A stretch of DNA of 64,000 nucleotides from a virus: positions 1 through 64,000 of the IMG/VR virus record IMGVR_UViG_3300022752_004829; one strand, 5' to 3'. Each line of letters starts with the position of its first letter. Position 1 is the stretch's first letter. The position numbers were made by a program, and so were the translations under genes. The notes under the pieces were generated by a model. The model ran no database searches. It worked only from the letters and a program-made list of their open reading frames with translations, and was not told where the DNA came from. Below, in pieces: positions 26,590-36,935 of the stretch.

Positions 26590-27602
26590 TGAAAATAGCT
26601 TTAATAGGTAATGATTATGTTCAGCAATTTCCATTAGAAAATTATGGTGGAATTGAGACTTGTGTTGAAAATTTAGCGCAAGGTTTATACGATAATAAAA
26701 ATGATTTTTTTGTTGTTTGTCCTAAAAGAAAAAATAAGAAAGAATATCCTTTTGATATCTATGAGACAGAAGAACAGCCTACATCAATAACGAATAAGAA
26801 TAGTTCTTATTACGCCTATTCTGTAGCTAAGATTTTAAAAAACTTAGAATTTGATATAATTTGGAGTCAAAGTAATTGGAGTATAGATCCATTATTATCA
26901 TTAAAAAAACCAATTATATGTACGTTTCATGATAGTTGTGAAAAACAATATGGGTGGATGAAAGATTTAGATAGAGTAAAATATAGATTTATTTCTAATT
27001 TTCAATACAATAACTGGGTCAAAGAAGGATGGGAAAAGCAAAAAAGTTTTATGTGTTACACTGGTCTTTCTAATTCAGAATTTAAATTAAATAAATCTAA
27101 GAAAGATTATTTCTTATGGTGTGCTGGATTAAACTGGGGTCTAAACGCAAAAGGTTTAGATGTTTTTATAAAATTATCTGAAATTTTTAAGAATAAAAAT
27201 TTTATCGCATATGGGGCAGGAAATAAACAGCTGGAAGAATATCTTTTAAATAAAAATCAAACAAATTCTAATTTTTTATTTAAAGGTAAATTAAATAGAG
27301 GAGAAGAACATGAAATAGTTTTCTCGAATGCCAAAGCTTTCTTTTTCCCAACTAGACTACCAGAAGCATTCGGAAGAACAATTATCGAAAGCTTTTCTAA
27401 AGGAACACCTGTTTATGGATCAAGAAATGGCGCATCAGAAGAATTAATAGAAGATAATATAAATGGACTAAAATTTGATTTAGATAATATCAATATAAAT
27501 TTAGATATTAATTTCGATTATTCCAATATATTTAATATGTCAAAAAAATTTCATATAGGAAATGAGATAGAGAAACTTTTACAAGAATCTAGAGACTTAT
27601 GA
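26589..27602 (+). CDS. glycosyltransferase, GT4
   Basis: YGGIE; KGLD; EAFGRTIIESFSKGTPV. Confidence 0.9.
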   Translation: MKIALIGNDYVQQFPLENYGGIETCVENLAQGLYDNKNDFFVVCPKRKNKKEYPFDIYETEEQPTSITNKNSSYYAYSVAKILKNLEFDIIWSQSNWSIDPLLSLKKPIICTFHDSCEKQYGWMKDLDRVKYRFISNFQYNNWVKEGWEKQKSFMCYTGLSNSEFKLNKSKKDYFLWCAGLNWGLNAKGLDVFIKLSEIFKNKNFIAYGAGNKQLEEYLLNKNQTNSNFLFKGKLNRGEEHEIVFSNAKAFFFPTRLPEAFGRTIIESFSKGTPVYGSRNGASEELIEDNINGLKFDLDNININLDINFDYSNIFNMSKKFHIGNEIEKLLQESRDL

Positions 27603-28303
27603 AAATATTAGAAAATGTTACTCTTTTAACAATAATGGGCAATCCAAAGCCATCGTTCAAAGAAAACTATAATTTGATGGACAAAATAATAGATAGATCA
27701 TATAGCGAGCTAAGATTTAATAGTATAAAGATACTATCCGCGCAGGATGAAGATTTTGATTTTAAAAACAAGAATGTATCAATTATAAAAATTAATCCTA
27801 TGTCACAAGCAGGATATAATGCTTTTTGCATAAATCATTTATATAAATATGTAGACACAGACTTTGTTCTACTTTTTCAGAATGATGGGTTTATTTTAAA
27901 TCCAAAACATTGGTCAGATGACTTCTTAAATTATGATTATATCGGAGCCCCATGGCCAAGTTATGAGAATTCTAGAGTAGGAAATGGAGGATTTTCTTTG
28001 AGAAGCAAAAAGTTTCTAAATGCGGTTAAAAATTTAGTTTATATAGATGGTATAGGTTTGTCTGGAGGAGAGTTTACTCCAGAAGATCATCTGCTATGTA
28101 GACATTATTATGATTACCTAATTAAATTAGGTATAAAATTTGCACCAATTGATATAGCTATTAGATTCTCTTTTGAACAAGCAATACAAGAATATCCATT
28201 TTGGAATAATGATATGTCTTTAGGATTTCATGGTTTATTTCAAAGTGGATGGGATAATGATGAATTTAGAATTAATTTAAAAAAAGAATATAATCTATTA
28301 TGA
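27599..28303 (+). CDS. DUF5672-family putative glycosyltransferase
   Basis: FQNDGFILNP, YDYIGAPW, VGNGGFSLRS, PED, GFHG. Confidence 0.85.
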   Translation: MKILENVTLLTIMGNPKPSFKENYNLMDKIIDRSYSELRFNSIKILSAQDEDFDFKNKNVSIIKINPMSQAGYNAFCINHLYKYVDTDFVLLFQNDGFILNPKHWSDDFLNYDYIGAPWPSYENSRVGNGGFSLRSKKFLNAVKNLVYIDGIGLSGGEFTPEDHLLCRHYYDYLIKLGIKFAPIDIAIRFSFEQAIQEYPFWNNDMSLGFHGLFQSGWDNDEFRINLKKEYNLL

Positions 28304-29268
28304 AAGTAGCGTTTTTTAATCATCAATTATGTATAAGAGGATCTACTGTGTCTTTATATAATTATGCGTTAGCTAATCAAACACTATTAGGCAATGAATC
28401 AATTATTGTATATATGACTGATCCAGATAATCTTCCTCACACAGATTCTACAGTATTAGAAAAGTTTAATAAAACATTTAAAACTAGGGGGTTTGATAAT
28501 TGGGAAACATTAGATCAATACCTAAAAGAAGAAAAAGTTGATGTACTCTTTAAGAGTTGCGGTGGGTGGAACGATGGTAAAGTAAGTAAACATGCAAAAA
28601 CGTGCGTTCAAGCAATTTTTGATATATATCAACCACACGGAGACGTTTACTCATATCTTCATGAATATATGTCAAATAAGATGACTAGCGGAAAGGCCCC
28701 ATATGTTTATGGTATATGCGACTATCTGCCAGAGTCTAATTTAAATTTAAGAAAGATTTATAATATTCCATCTAGCGCAAAAGTCTTTGGTAGAATTGGA
28801 GCGAAAGATTCATTTAATGTAGATTGTGCAAAACATGCAATTATAGATTTAGTCAATAATACAGAAGATGTTTATTTTATGTTTTTTGGTACAGATTCTT
28901 TTTATGAACATCCTAGAATTATATACTTACCAAAGTCTCATGAATATCAAGATAAATCAAATTTTGTAAATGCTTGTGATGCAATGCTTCATGCAAGAAT
29001 AGATGGAGAAATTTTTAGTTTATCTATATCAGAATTTTTATGGTTTGATAAACCAATTATTACATATCATATAGGACATCAAACTGGACATTTTGAAATT
29101 CTAAAAGATAAAGCTATAATTTATAAAGATAAAGAATCTTTATGCTCTATTATTAAAAATTTTAATAAAAATAATTATCCTAAAAATTACTATAAATCAA
29201 TTATAATAGATAATGGATTTACGACAGAAAAAGTAATGCAAAAATTTAAAGAAGTTTATTTAAGTTAA
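28300..29268 (+). CDS. glycosyltransferase (GT-B)
   Basis: RGSTVSLYNYA; CDAMLHARIDGEIFSLSISEF. Confidence 0.8.
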   Translation: MKVAFFNHQLCIRGSTVSLYNYALANQTLLGNESIIVYMTDPDNLPHTDSTVLEKFNKTFKTRGFDNWETLDQYLKEEKVDVLFKSCGGWNDGKVSKHAKTCVQAIFDIYQPHGDVYSYLHEYMSNKMTSGKAPYVYGICDYLPESNLNLRKIYNIPSSAKVFGRIGAKDSFNVDCAKHAIIDLVNNTEDVYFMFFGTDSFYEHPRIIYLPKSHEYQDKSNFVNACDAMLHARIDGEIFSLSISEFLWFDKPIITYHIGHQTGHFEILKDKAIIYKDKESLCSIIKNFNKNNYPKNYYKSIIIDNGFTTEKVMQKFKEVYLS

Positions 29269-30068
29269 TGAATCTTATAATAGATAGATCAAATCGTTTA
29301 GCAAATGAATGGTGCTGGGAATGGCATTATATTATGAATATTTTTAGAGAATTAGAGAAAAATGAGTCAAATAATTATCAATATATATTTACAGATAATT
29401 TAGAAAAACTTCCAGTAGAACCAACTAAAAATACAGTAGTTTTTATTGTTTCCGATGAACATTATACTATTCCAAAATATACAGAAAAAGTTAAAGCTAT
29501 TTTTAAAAATTATGTTTTTCCAGAACAAGAGGGTTTAAGTATATACCCTATTCCCCAAGGTCATAATAAAGATTTAATTTTTTATCCTTACAAAAATATA
29601 GAAGAAAAAACCTATGATATAGGTTTTCAAGGTAATTTTCATACATCTAGACCAATAGTTATTAAAGGTATTCTTGAAGAAATAAATAAAAGAAATTTAA
29701 AATTAAATATTTTATTAAATCAAAGCTCAAATGCATTTGATTATTCTAATAATCTGTGGAATACAAAAATATCATTATCATTAGATGGCCAAGTAACACC
29801 AGAAAATTTTAGATTTTTTGAATCAAGTATCTTAGGATGCGCAATTATTGCTTCAAATAATTTACCTAAGAATTGGATATATGATCAGAATCATTATATC
29901 AAAGTAGATTGGATGAATCCCAAACAGGTTGTAGATAATATAGAAAATTTATTAAAAAACATAGATTTATTAAAAAAATTTTCTAAAGAATCTTATAATG
30001 CATGGAATAATATCTATAATCCTAAAAACGTATCGGACTATATAAAGAATAAATTAAATCAATTATGA
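29268..30068 (+). CDS. putative glycosyltransferase (exostosin/GT-B-like)
   Basis: DIGFQG...R...TKISLSLDG...ENFRFFES..LGC. Confidence 0.7.
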   Translation: MNLIIDRSNRLANEWCWEWHYIMNIFRELEKNESNNYQYIFTDNLEKLPVEPTKNTVVFIVSDEHYTIPKYTEKVKAIFKNYVFPEQEGLSIYPIPQGHNKDLIFYPYKNIEEKTYDIGFQGNFHTSRPIVIKGILEEINKRNLKLNILLNQSSNAFDYSNNLWNTKISLSLDGQVTPENFRFFESSILGCAIIASNNLPKNWIYDQNHYIKVDWMNPKQVVDNIENLLKNIDLLKKFSKESYNAWNNIYNPKNVSDYIKNKLNQL

Positions 30069-30664
30069 AAAATAAAATAAAAGATATATTATTAGAATAT
30101 GGACATAAAGGTATTTTTACACACGATGGACATTTTCAATGTTTAACAGATAAAGCAGCAAGATCATCTCAAGTTGGGCATTCATATGATCATGTATACC
30201 CAGATTTGTTAAATAAATTTCTTGGATTAGAAAAATTTACTATGTTTGAAATCGGTATTCATAAAGGATATAGCTTAGAAATGTGGACAAAAATATTTCC
30301 TCAAGCAGATATTTATGGATTGGATATTGATCATTCTTTAATCGATCCTTATGCTAACCTAAATCAAAAGAATATTACTATCCTCCCTCAAGCAAGTCAA
30401 ATAGACACAAATATTTTAAACTTAATACCCAATATGGATCTAATAATAGATGATGCATCTCATAGACCCGATCTAACTATGCGCTCATGGGAAATTTTTA
30501 AACATAAATTAAATAAAAATGGACTATATATTATTGAAGATGTACCAGATACAATTTTCAATGAACAAGTTTTCCCGAAATCTTTTAAAGATAATTTTAA
30601 ATTAATAGATTTAAGATCTGTAAAAAACAGAAGCGATGACATTATTTTATATTATGAGAATTAA
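30065..30664 (+). CDS. class I SAM-dependent methyltransferase, probably acting on sugars
   Basis: FEIGIHKGYSL, GLDID, DLIIDDASH, GLYIIEDV. Confidence 0.85.
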   Translation: MKNKIKDILLEYGHKGIFTHDGHFQCLTDKAARSSQVGHSYDHVYPDLLNKFLGLEKFTMFEIGIHKGYSLEMWTKIFPQADIYGLDIDHSLIDPYANLNQKNITILPQASQIDTNILNLIPNMDLIIDDASHRPDLTMRSWEIFKHKLNKNGLYIIEDVPDTIFNEQVFPKSFKDNFKLIDLRSVKNRSDDIILYYEN

Positions 30665-31463
30665 ATACTCAATCCAAGAAAACCCAAAAATTACAAGCCA
30701 ATTTAATAATTTTCCATTTGGATGTGGAGAAATAAAATACTTCATAGATATATGTAGAGAAATTCAATCTATAAAAAATATAGATAATACAGTTTGGTAT
30801 GTTGACCCAGATTATAACTATCAAAATCCACCAGATGGTTTATGTAAAGAAGATATAGTCTTTTATAAAGGAGACGAACATTATAGAATTCCTTCTTGGT
30901 ATAAAGACTGCAAATTAATTTTAAAACATACAGTTAGAAATAATTTTCCAGAAAATATTATACATATACCATTTTTATATACCTCAGATTTTATAGAATT
31001 CCCATATGTTCCATTTAATGATAGAAAAATAGATATATTTTTTACTGGAACTTGTTGGCCAGAAACAAACAGAAGATTTATTCTAGAATATCTAAAGTCA
31101 AAATTAAAAAAAGTAAATTTTATTCTTGGTGATTTTATTAATCCGAAAGAATATTATTATATTTTAGCTAATACTAAAATCTCTTTATGCTTAGATGGAA
31201 AATGGACTCCAGAGTGCTATAGATTTTCAGAATCCGTACAAGCAGGCTCATTAGCTTTCTCATCTAATTTATCCTATTCAAGACTATTTGATAATTGTCC
31301 ATATATAGAAACTAACTGGTCAAATCTTGATCAAGTCATAGATCAAATATATTTTTATTTAAATAATAAAAATTCTGAAGAAATTTCAATTCAGGCTCAT
31401 AACTTTTGGTTGAATAATTGGCATCCTAAAAAATGGGCAGAATTAATTCTAGCTAGGATTTAA
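30654..31463 (+). CDS. putative glycosyltransferase, paralog of 29268-30068 (ORF track starts it at 30636)
   Basis: GDEHYRIP, DIFFTG, TKISLCLDG..TPECYRFSES. Confidence 0.7.
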   Translation: MRIKYSIQENPKITSQFNNFPFGCGEIKYFIDICREIQSIKNIDNTVWYVDPDYNYQNPPDGLCKEDIVFYKGDEHYRIPSWYKDCKLILKHTVRNNFPENIIHIPFLYTSDFIEFPYVPFNDRKIDIFFTGTCWPETNRRFILEYLKSKLKKVNFILGDFINPKEYYYILANTKISLCLDGKWTPECYRFSESVQAGSLAFSSNLSYSRLFDNCPYIETNWSNLDQVIDQIYFYLNNKNSEEISIQAHNFWLNNWHPKKWAELILARI

Positions 31464-32413
31464 TGATAATAGCCAAGACACCATTTAGGATTTCACTGGC
31501 TGGAGGATCTACAGATCTTGAATCTTTTTTAGATTTATATGGGCAAGGGTCTGTCATAAGTTTTCCATGTAATCTTTATACCTATATATCAATTTTTGAT
31601 GATAAATTAGGTTTTAATTCTTATGATAAGAAATATATAGTTGCATATTCTAAAAGAGAAGCGACCAATCAAGTAGATAAGATAAAGAATGATATTGCAA
31701 GAATTATTCTAAAGAAATATAATATCGCTCCAATTAATGCTACATTTAATTCTGATATATTTAGTTCAAACTGTGGGCTGGCTTCATCTAGTTCTTATAC
31801 ATTATCATTTTTAAATGCTATTTTAAAATTCAAAGGATTAGATTACTCTAATATAGATTTATGTAAAGAGGCTTTAGCCATAGAAAGAGAATTCAACCCA
31901 TTAACTGGACAGCAAGATATTTTTGGATGTGGTATAGGTGGATTCAAAAAGATGGATTTTTTTAAAGAGAAGAATCCAACATTTAAATATCTCAACGCAG
32001 ATATGTTTAATAGATATGATTTTAGTTTAATATATACAGGGGTATTGAGATCTTCAACTAAAATATTAAAAGAAATAGACCCAAGGAAATCATTTTCTTT
32101 ACTTAATTTGGTACAGGAAATGGAAATAGCCATAGAAAAAAATAGACATAAAGATTTTATCTCTATAATAAAAGAGGGTTGGGTAAAAAAGAAAGAATCA
32201 AATCCAAATATTGTATCTAATAAAATAATTAAAAAAATTGATGAAGACCTATCAAATGATAAATCTATTTTAGCTCATAGATTATGTGGAGCAGGAAATG
32301 GTGGATATTTTTTAGCTATAAAAGAGAAAAGATCAAAAATAAATTTGAATACTAAGTCTAATATTATTAATATACTTTATGATAAAGAAGGACCAAGGTG
32401 CTACAGGATTTAA
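31463..32413 (+). CDS. GHMP sugar kinase, HddA-like (heptose-7-phosphate kinase)
   Basis: KTPFRISLAGGSTD, GLASSS, GQQD, GAGNGGY. Confidence 0.85.
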   Translation: MIIAKTPFRISLAGGSTDLESFLDLYGQGSVISFPCNLYTYISIFDDKLGFNSYDKKYIVAYSKREATNQVDKIKNDIARIILKKYNIAPINATFNSDIFSSNCGLASSSSYTLSFLNAILKFKGLDYSNIDLCKEALAIEREFNPLTGQQDIFGCGIGGFKKMDFFKEKNPTFKYLNADMFNRYDFSLIYTGVLRSSTKILKEIDPRKSFSLLNLVQEMEIAIEKNRHKDFISIIKEGWVKKKESNPNIVSNKIIKKIDEDLSNDKSILAHRLCGAGNGGYFLAIKEKRSKINLNTKSNIINILYDKEGPRCYRI

Positions 32414-32927
32414 AAATAGCATTGATTTGATTAGTAGACTTATAGCTAAAATAACTAATGCAGATTTAGTTAAATTCAGAGAAATAATATTTGATTATGA
32501 TAATATTATTATTATAGGAAATGGCGGAAGCAATTCAATATCTAGTCATATAGCTGTAGATTATAATAAATTTCTTAAGAAGAGAACATTAGCATTTACT
32601 GATCCATCAATGCTTAGTGCATACTTTAATGATTATGGTTTTGAAAAAGTATACGTTAAGTTTATCGAGCAGAATTTAACCAAAAAAACATTGGTGATAT
32701 TAATATCTTCTTCTGGAAATTCTTTAAATATTTTAGAATGTGCTAATTTCTGCGAAAAAAATAAAATAGGATTCTGCTCTTTTACTGGTTTTAATAAAGA
32801 TAATAAACTTAAAGTAAAATCAGAAAAATCTAAGAATTGCAAATTTAATTATTGGGTCGAATCAAAAAGCTATGGAGTAGTAGAAAATTGTCATCAAATA
32901 TTTTTGCATGCGGTTGTCGTAAATTAA
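32379..32927 (+). CDS. SIS-domain phosphoheptose isomerase, GmhA-like
   Basis: IGNGGS..ISSH..D, ND.G, ISSSGNSLNI, YGVVENCH. Confidence 0.85.
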   Translation: MIKKDQGATGFKNSIDLISRLIAKITNADLVKFREIIFDYDNIIIIGNGGSNSISSHIAVDYNKFLKKRTLAFTDPSMLSAYFNDYGFEKVYVKFIEQNLTKKTLVILISSSGNSLNILECANFCEKNKIGFCSFTGFNKDNKLKVKSEKSKNCKFNYWVESKSYGVVENCHQIFLHAVVVN

Positions 32928-32928
32928 T

Positions 32929-34257
32929 ATGAGATATTGCTTAGATTTAGATAATACAATTTGTATAACCGAGAAGAGTGATTATAATAACTCGAAATTA
33001 ATAGAAAAAGCTAAGACCTTAATTAATAAACTATACGATAATGGAAATTATATTATTATAAATACAGCAAGAGGTGCGTCTTCTGGTATAGATTGGACGG
33101 ATTTTACTAAGAAACAATTAATAGATTGGGGAATTAAATATCATGAGCTTATTATGAATGCAAAGCCTAATGCAGATATATTCGTTGATGATAAAAATAT
33201 TTCTATAGAAGAATGGTATAATTCCGATAAATCTCCAAAAGGATTTATAGCTGGCACATTCGATCTTATACATAATGGATACATTAAACTTTTTGAATTT
33301 GCAAAACAACATTGTAATAAACTAATTGTAGCAATTCATGAAGATCCATCTTTAGAAAAGAAAGAGAAAAGCAAGCCTATTCATAGTATAGAAGAAAGAA
33401 TTGAGATTTTAAAGTCAATTAAGTATATAGACGATATCTTAATATATCAAACAGAAGAAGATTTATACGAATTAATAAAATTAATGAAACCTAGCATAAG
33501 ATTTTTGGATGAAACATATAAAAATAAGAAAATAACTGGAGAAAATCTATGCCCAATTATGTTTCATGAGAGAAAACATAATTATTCTTATACAAATTTA
33601 AAAAATAAAATTTTTGGTGATGAAGCTTTATCAAATAAAATTAATCAAATTATTTTAGACTTAGTAGAAAAAGATAATGCTAATATTGATCTTCCGAATC
33701 CATTACCTAATGAAATTTTAATAAATTCTTTTATAGATACGGCAATTTCTAATATTACCATTAAAAATGGTTTAGTATTAGAATTTGGAGTTTATCAAGG
33801 AAGAACGATAAACTATATTGCTTCAAAATTCCCAGATAATATAATATATGGATTTGATTCATTCGAAGGTCTTCCAGAGCAATGGAATGATAAGAATCCA
33901 AAAGGAATATATACATTGGATGGTAACTTGCCTAAAGTCGAAAAAAACGTTAAATTAATTAAAGGATGGTTTAACGAAACTTTACCTACTTTTGTAGCGG
34001 AGCATAAAGACCCAATTTCCCTACTGCACGTAGATTGTGATATTTATTCTTCTACAGTATGCGTTTTAGAATCATTAAAAGATCAAATTATTGATGGAAC
34101 AGTAGTTATATTCGATGAAATTTGGAAATATCCAAATTATAAAGAACACGAGATAAAGGCTTTTGCAGAATTTCTTTTGAAATATGATTTTAAATATGAA
34201 TGCATCAGAACACTTAAATCAAGATACGCAAAAGCTATATTTATATTAAAAAAATGA
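32929..34257 (+). CDS. three-domain fusion: HAD phosphatase + cytidylyltransferase-like + TylF/MycF-like methyltransferase
   Basis: DLDNTIC/TARG/KP/FVDD; AGTFDLIHNGY/EERIEIL; LEFGVYQG/GFDSFEGLP/KGWFNETL/HVDCDIYSS. Confidence 0.85.
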   Translation: MRYCLDLDNTICITEKSDYNNSKLIEKAKTLINKLYDNGNYIIINTARGASSGIDWTDFTKKQLIDWGIKYHELIMNAKPNADIFVDDKNISIEEWYNSDKSPKGFIAGTFDLIHNGYIKLFEFAKQHCNKLIVAIHEDPSLEKKEKSKPIHSIEERIEILKSIKYIDDILIYQTEEDLYELIKLMKPSIRFLDETYKNKKITGENLCPIMFHERKHNYSYTNLKNKIFGDEALSNKINQIILDLVEKDNANIDLPNPLPNEILINSFIDTAISNITIKNGLVLEFGVYQGRTINYIASKFPDNIIYGFDSFEGLPEQWNDKNPKGIYTLDGNLPKVEKNVKLIKGWFNETLPTFVAEHKDPISLLHVDCDIYSSTVCVLESLKDQIIDGTVVIFDEIWKYPNYKEHEIKAFAEFLLKYDFKYECIRTLKSRYAKAIFILKK

Positions 34258-35144
34258 AAACTAAAGTAATCGTAACAGGCGGATGTGGCTTTATAGGAAG
34301 TCATGTAGTAGATCTATTAATAGAAAAGAATTTCGATGTGCATGTAGTAGATAATATTTCTACTTCAAAAAATAATAAATATATACATCAAGATGCTGTG
34401 TACTTGAACCTAGATATAACTCAAAATGTTGAAAAATTAAAAGAAGTATTTAACGGAGCTAAGTATATATTTCATTTAGCAGCTTTTGCGAGAGTAATTC
34501 CATCTATACACGATCCAGTTACTTTTCATAATATAAACGTTAATGGATCTTTAAATGTTTTCTTAGCGGCGAAAGAAGTTGGGGCAAAAATTATATTTTC
34601 TTCTTCATCATCAGTATATGGAAATCCAATAGAATTACCAGTAAAAGAAACTCATAGACTAGACCCAATGTGTCCATATGCACTTCATAAGCAAATAGGC
34701 GAAGAATATCTTCAATTATTTAATAAAATCTATTCTCTAAATAGTGTTTCTTTACGATATTTTAATGTCTTTGGAGAGAGAGCCCCAAGAGAAGGAGCTT
34801 ATGTTCCAGTAGTTGGAATATTTTTAAGGCAAAAAGAAGCTGGTGAATCACTAACTATAGTTGGTGATGGACTCCAAAATAGAGACTTCGTTCACGCAAA
34901 AGATGTAGCTAGAGCAAATTTAGCCGCAGCTTTAGATGAAAGAAGCGGGGCATTTGCATATAATGTTGGTTCTGGTAAATCATTATCGGTAATAGAAATA
35001 GCAGATAAAATATCAAAAAATATAGTCCATATACCAGAAAGATTTGAATACAAAAGCGCAAGAAGCGATGTTACTAAAATTAAAAAAGAATTAGGCTGGG
35101 AATATGAAATTGAATTAATGCAATGGCTTGAGAAATACGTATGA
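34254..35144 (+). CDS. NAD-dependent nucleotide-sugar epimerase/dehydratase
   Basis: TGGCGFIGSH, HLAA, SSSSVYG, YALHK, LRYFNVFG. Confidence 0.92.
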   Translation: MKTKVIVTGGCGFIGSHVVDLLIEKNFDVHVVDNISTSKNNKYIHQDAVYLNLDITQNVEKLKEVFNGAKYIFHLAAFARVIPSIHDPVTFHNINVNGSLNVFLAAKEVGAKIIFSSSSSVYGNPIELPVKETHRLDPMCPYALHKQIGEEYLQLFNKIYSLNSVSLRYFNVFGERAPREGAYVPVVGIFLRQKEAGESLTIVGDGLQNRDFVHAKDVARANLAAALDERSGAFAYNVGSGKSLSVIEIADKISKNIVHIPERFEYKSARSDVTKIKKELGWEYEIELMQWLEKYV

Positions 35145-35914
35145 AAATAATTGATTGTTTTCTTTTCTCAAATGAATTAGATATACTTGAGATTCGTCTA
35201 AATGAATTAAATGATAAAGTAGATAAATTCCTTATCTGTGAATCAAAAGAGACTTTTGCAGGAAATTCGAAAGAACTTATATATGAAAAAAATAAAAATA
35301 GATTCTATCAATTTAATGAAAAGATTATTCATATAATAGTTGATAAATTTCCGCAAAATATTTCAGCCGAAAATAGAGAATATTTTAATAGAAATTATAT
35401 TTTAAATGGTATACCAAACTCATTTACTGATGAAGATATAATTATATTCTCAGATGTAGATGAAATTCCTAAAATAAACAATCTCAATAAATCCTTAGAT
35501 CTTTCTGTTTTTAGGCAAGATATGTATTATTTTAATTTCAATACTAAATTTATAGAACCAAATGATCACGCTAATTGGCATGGCTCAATAGCATTCAAAG
35601 CTAAATTTAAAAGTCAAGTAAATTTACAAAACCTTAGATTTAATAGATACAATATAAATACAGTAGTACAAGATGGTGGATGGCATTTTTCTTACTTTAG
35701 TAATCCACAGAATGTTATCAATAAAATTAAAAATGGAGGGCATACGGAAATGTTTGATTTAAGTCTAAACGAGAATATAATTGCGGAAAGAATTGAGAAA
35801 AGAATTGATGTTCTTGGCAGAACTGGTTATATATTAAAAGGAATAGAAAATAATAAAGATTTACCAAAATATGTCTTAGACAATAAAGAAAAGTATAGAC
35901 ATCTATTTTACTAA
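35141..35914 (+). CDS. GT17-family glycosyltransferase
   Basis: DCFLFSNELDILEIRL, SDVDEIP, GGWHFSY. Confidence 0.88.
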   Translation: MKIIDCFLFSNELDILEIRLNELNDKVDKFLICESKETFAGNSKELIYEKNKNRFYQFNEKIIHIIVDKFPQNISAENREYFNRNYILNGIPNSFTDEDIIIFSDVDEIPKINNLNKSLDLSVFRQDMYYFNFNTKFIEPNDHANWHGSIAFKAKFKSQVNLQNLRFNRYNINTVVQDGGWHFSYFSNPQNVINKIKNGGHTEMFDLSLNENIIAERIEKRIDVLGRTGYILKGIENNKDLPKYVLDNKEKYRHLFY

Positions 35915-35935
35915 TAGATATTATATTAAATAAAA

Positions 35936-36934
35936 ATGAATAAAAAACTTTTAATAACTGGCGGTGCAGGAATGATAGGATCGGTATTAGCTAGATTTTT
36001 TATTGATAAAAAATATCAAGTTATTGTTCTGGACGATTTAAGCGGTGGGTTTATAGAGAATATTCCCCAACAAGCAAAATTTTATTTAGGTAATATTTGT
36101 GACCAAAATTTTATTAATAAAATCTTTGAAATTGAAAAACCACATTTTGTAATTCATTGCGCGGCTTATGCAGCTGAAATACTTAGCCCTTTTATAAGAA
36201 ACTATAATTATCAAAATAATCTAATTGGATCAATAAATATTATCAATGCATGCATTAATAATGATGTTGACAAAATTATTAATTTTTCTAGTTTTGCTAC
36301 TTATGGAGAAGGTAAACCGCCATTCAAGGAATCAGATCAAAGAGATCCGAAAGATTGTTATGGAATAGCTAAATTAGCCGTAGAGATGGACTTGAAAGAG
36401 GCGCATGAGCATTTTGGATTAAGGTATTCGACAATACTCCCGCATAATGTAGTTTCTAAATATCAAAATTATTGGGATAGGTATAGGAATGCAATAGCTA
36501 TATGGATTAGACAATGTTCACTTGGCGAAGATATAACTATATATGGAGATGGTTTACAAACAAGAGCTTTTTCTGATTGTAAATATTTATGCGAACCAAT
36601 TGAAAAATTACTTTATTCTTTTGATAATAATTTTTACAATATTGGATCAGATAATCCAATTACAATTAAAGACGCAGCGGAGTTAGTATTAAAAGTGGGA
36701 ACAGAGTTTGGGTTCAATAAATCTAAGTTAGTTTTTCTTGAGAAAAGGAAAGAAGTAATCCATGCATATTGCGACCATGAAAAAGCCAAAAAAGATTTAA
36801 ATTTCGATGATCATACCAATTTAGAATCTCTGATAAAGGATATGTATAGTCATTATCTCATTTTTCCAGAAAAAAAAGTTGAATATATGAAATATGAAAT
36901 AGAAAAAAATATGTATAGTTTTTGGAAAAAATAA
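35936..36934 (+). CDS. NAD-dependent nucleotide-sugar epimerase/dehydratase
   Basis: TGGAGMIGS, HCAAYAAE, YGIAK, GDGLQTRAFS. Confidence 0.9.
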   Translation: MNKKLLITGGAGMIGSVLARFFIDKKYQVIVLDDLSGGFIENIPQQAKFYLGNICDQNFINKIFEIEKPHFVIHCAAYAAEILSPFIRNYNYQNNLIGSINIINACINNDVDKIINFSSFATYGEGKPPFKESDQRDPKDCYGIAKLAVEMDLKEAHEHFGLRYSTILPHNVVSKYQNYWDRYRNAIAIWIRQCSLGEDITIYGDGLQTRAFSDCKYLCEPIEKLLYSFDNNFYNIGSDNPITIKDAAELVLKVGTEFGFNKSKLVFLEKRKEVIHAYCDHEKAKKDLNFDDHTNLESLIKDMYSHYLIFPEKKVEYMKYEIEKNMYSFWKK

Positions 36935-36935
36935 T

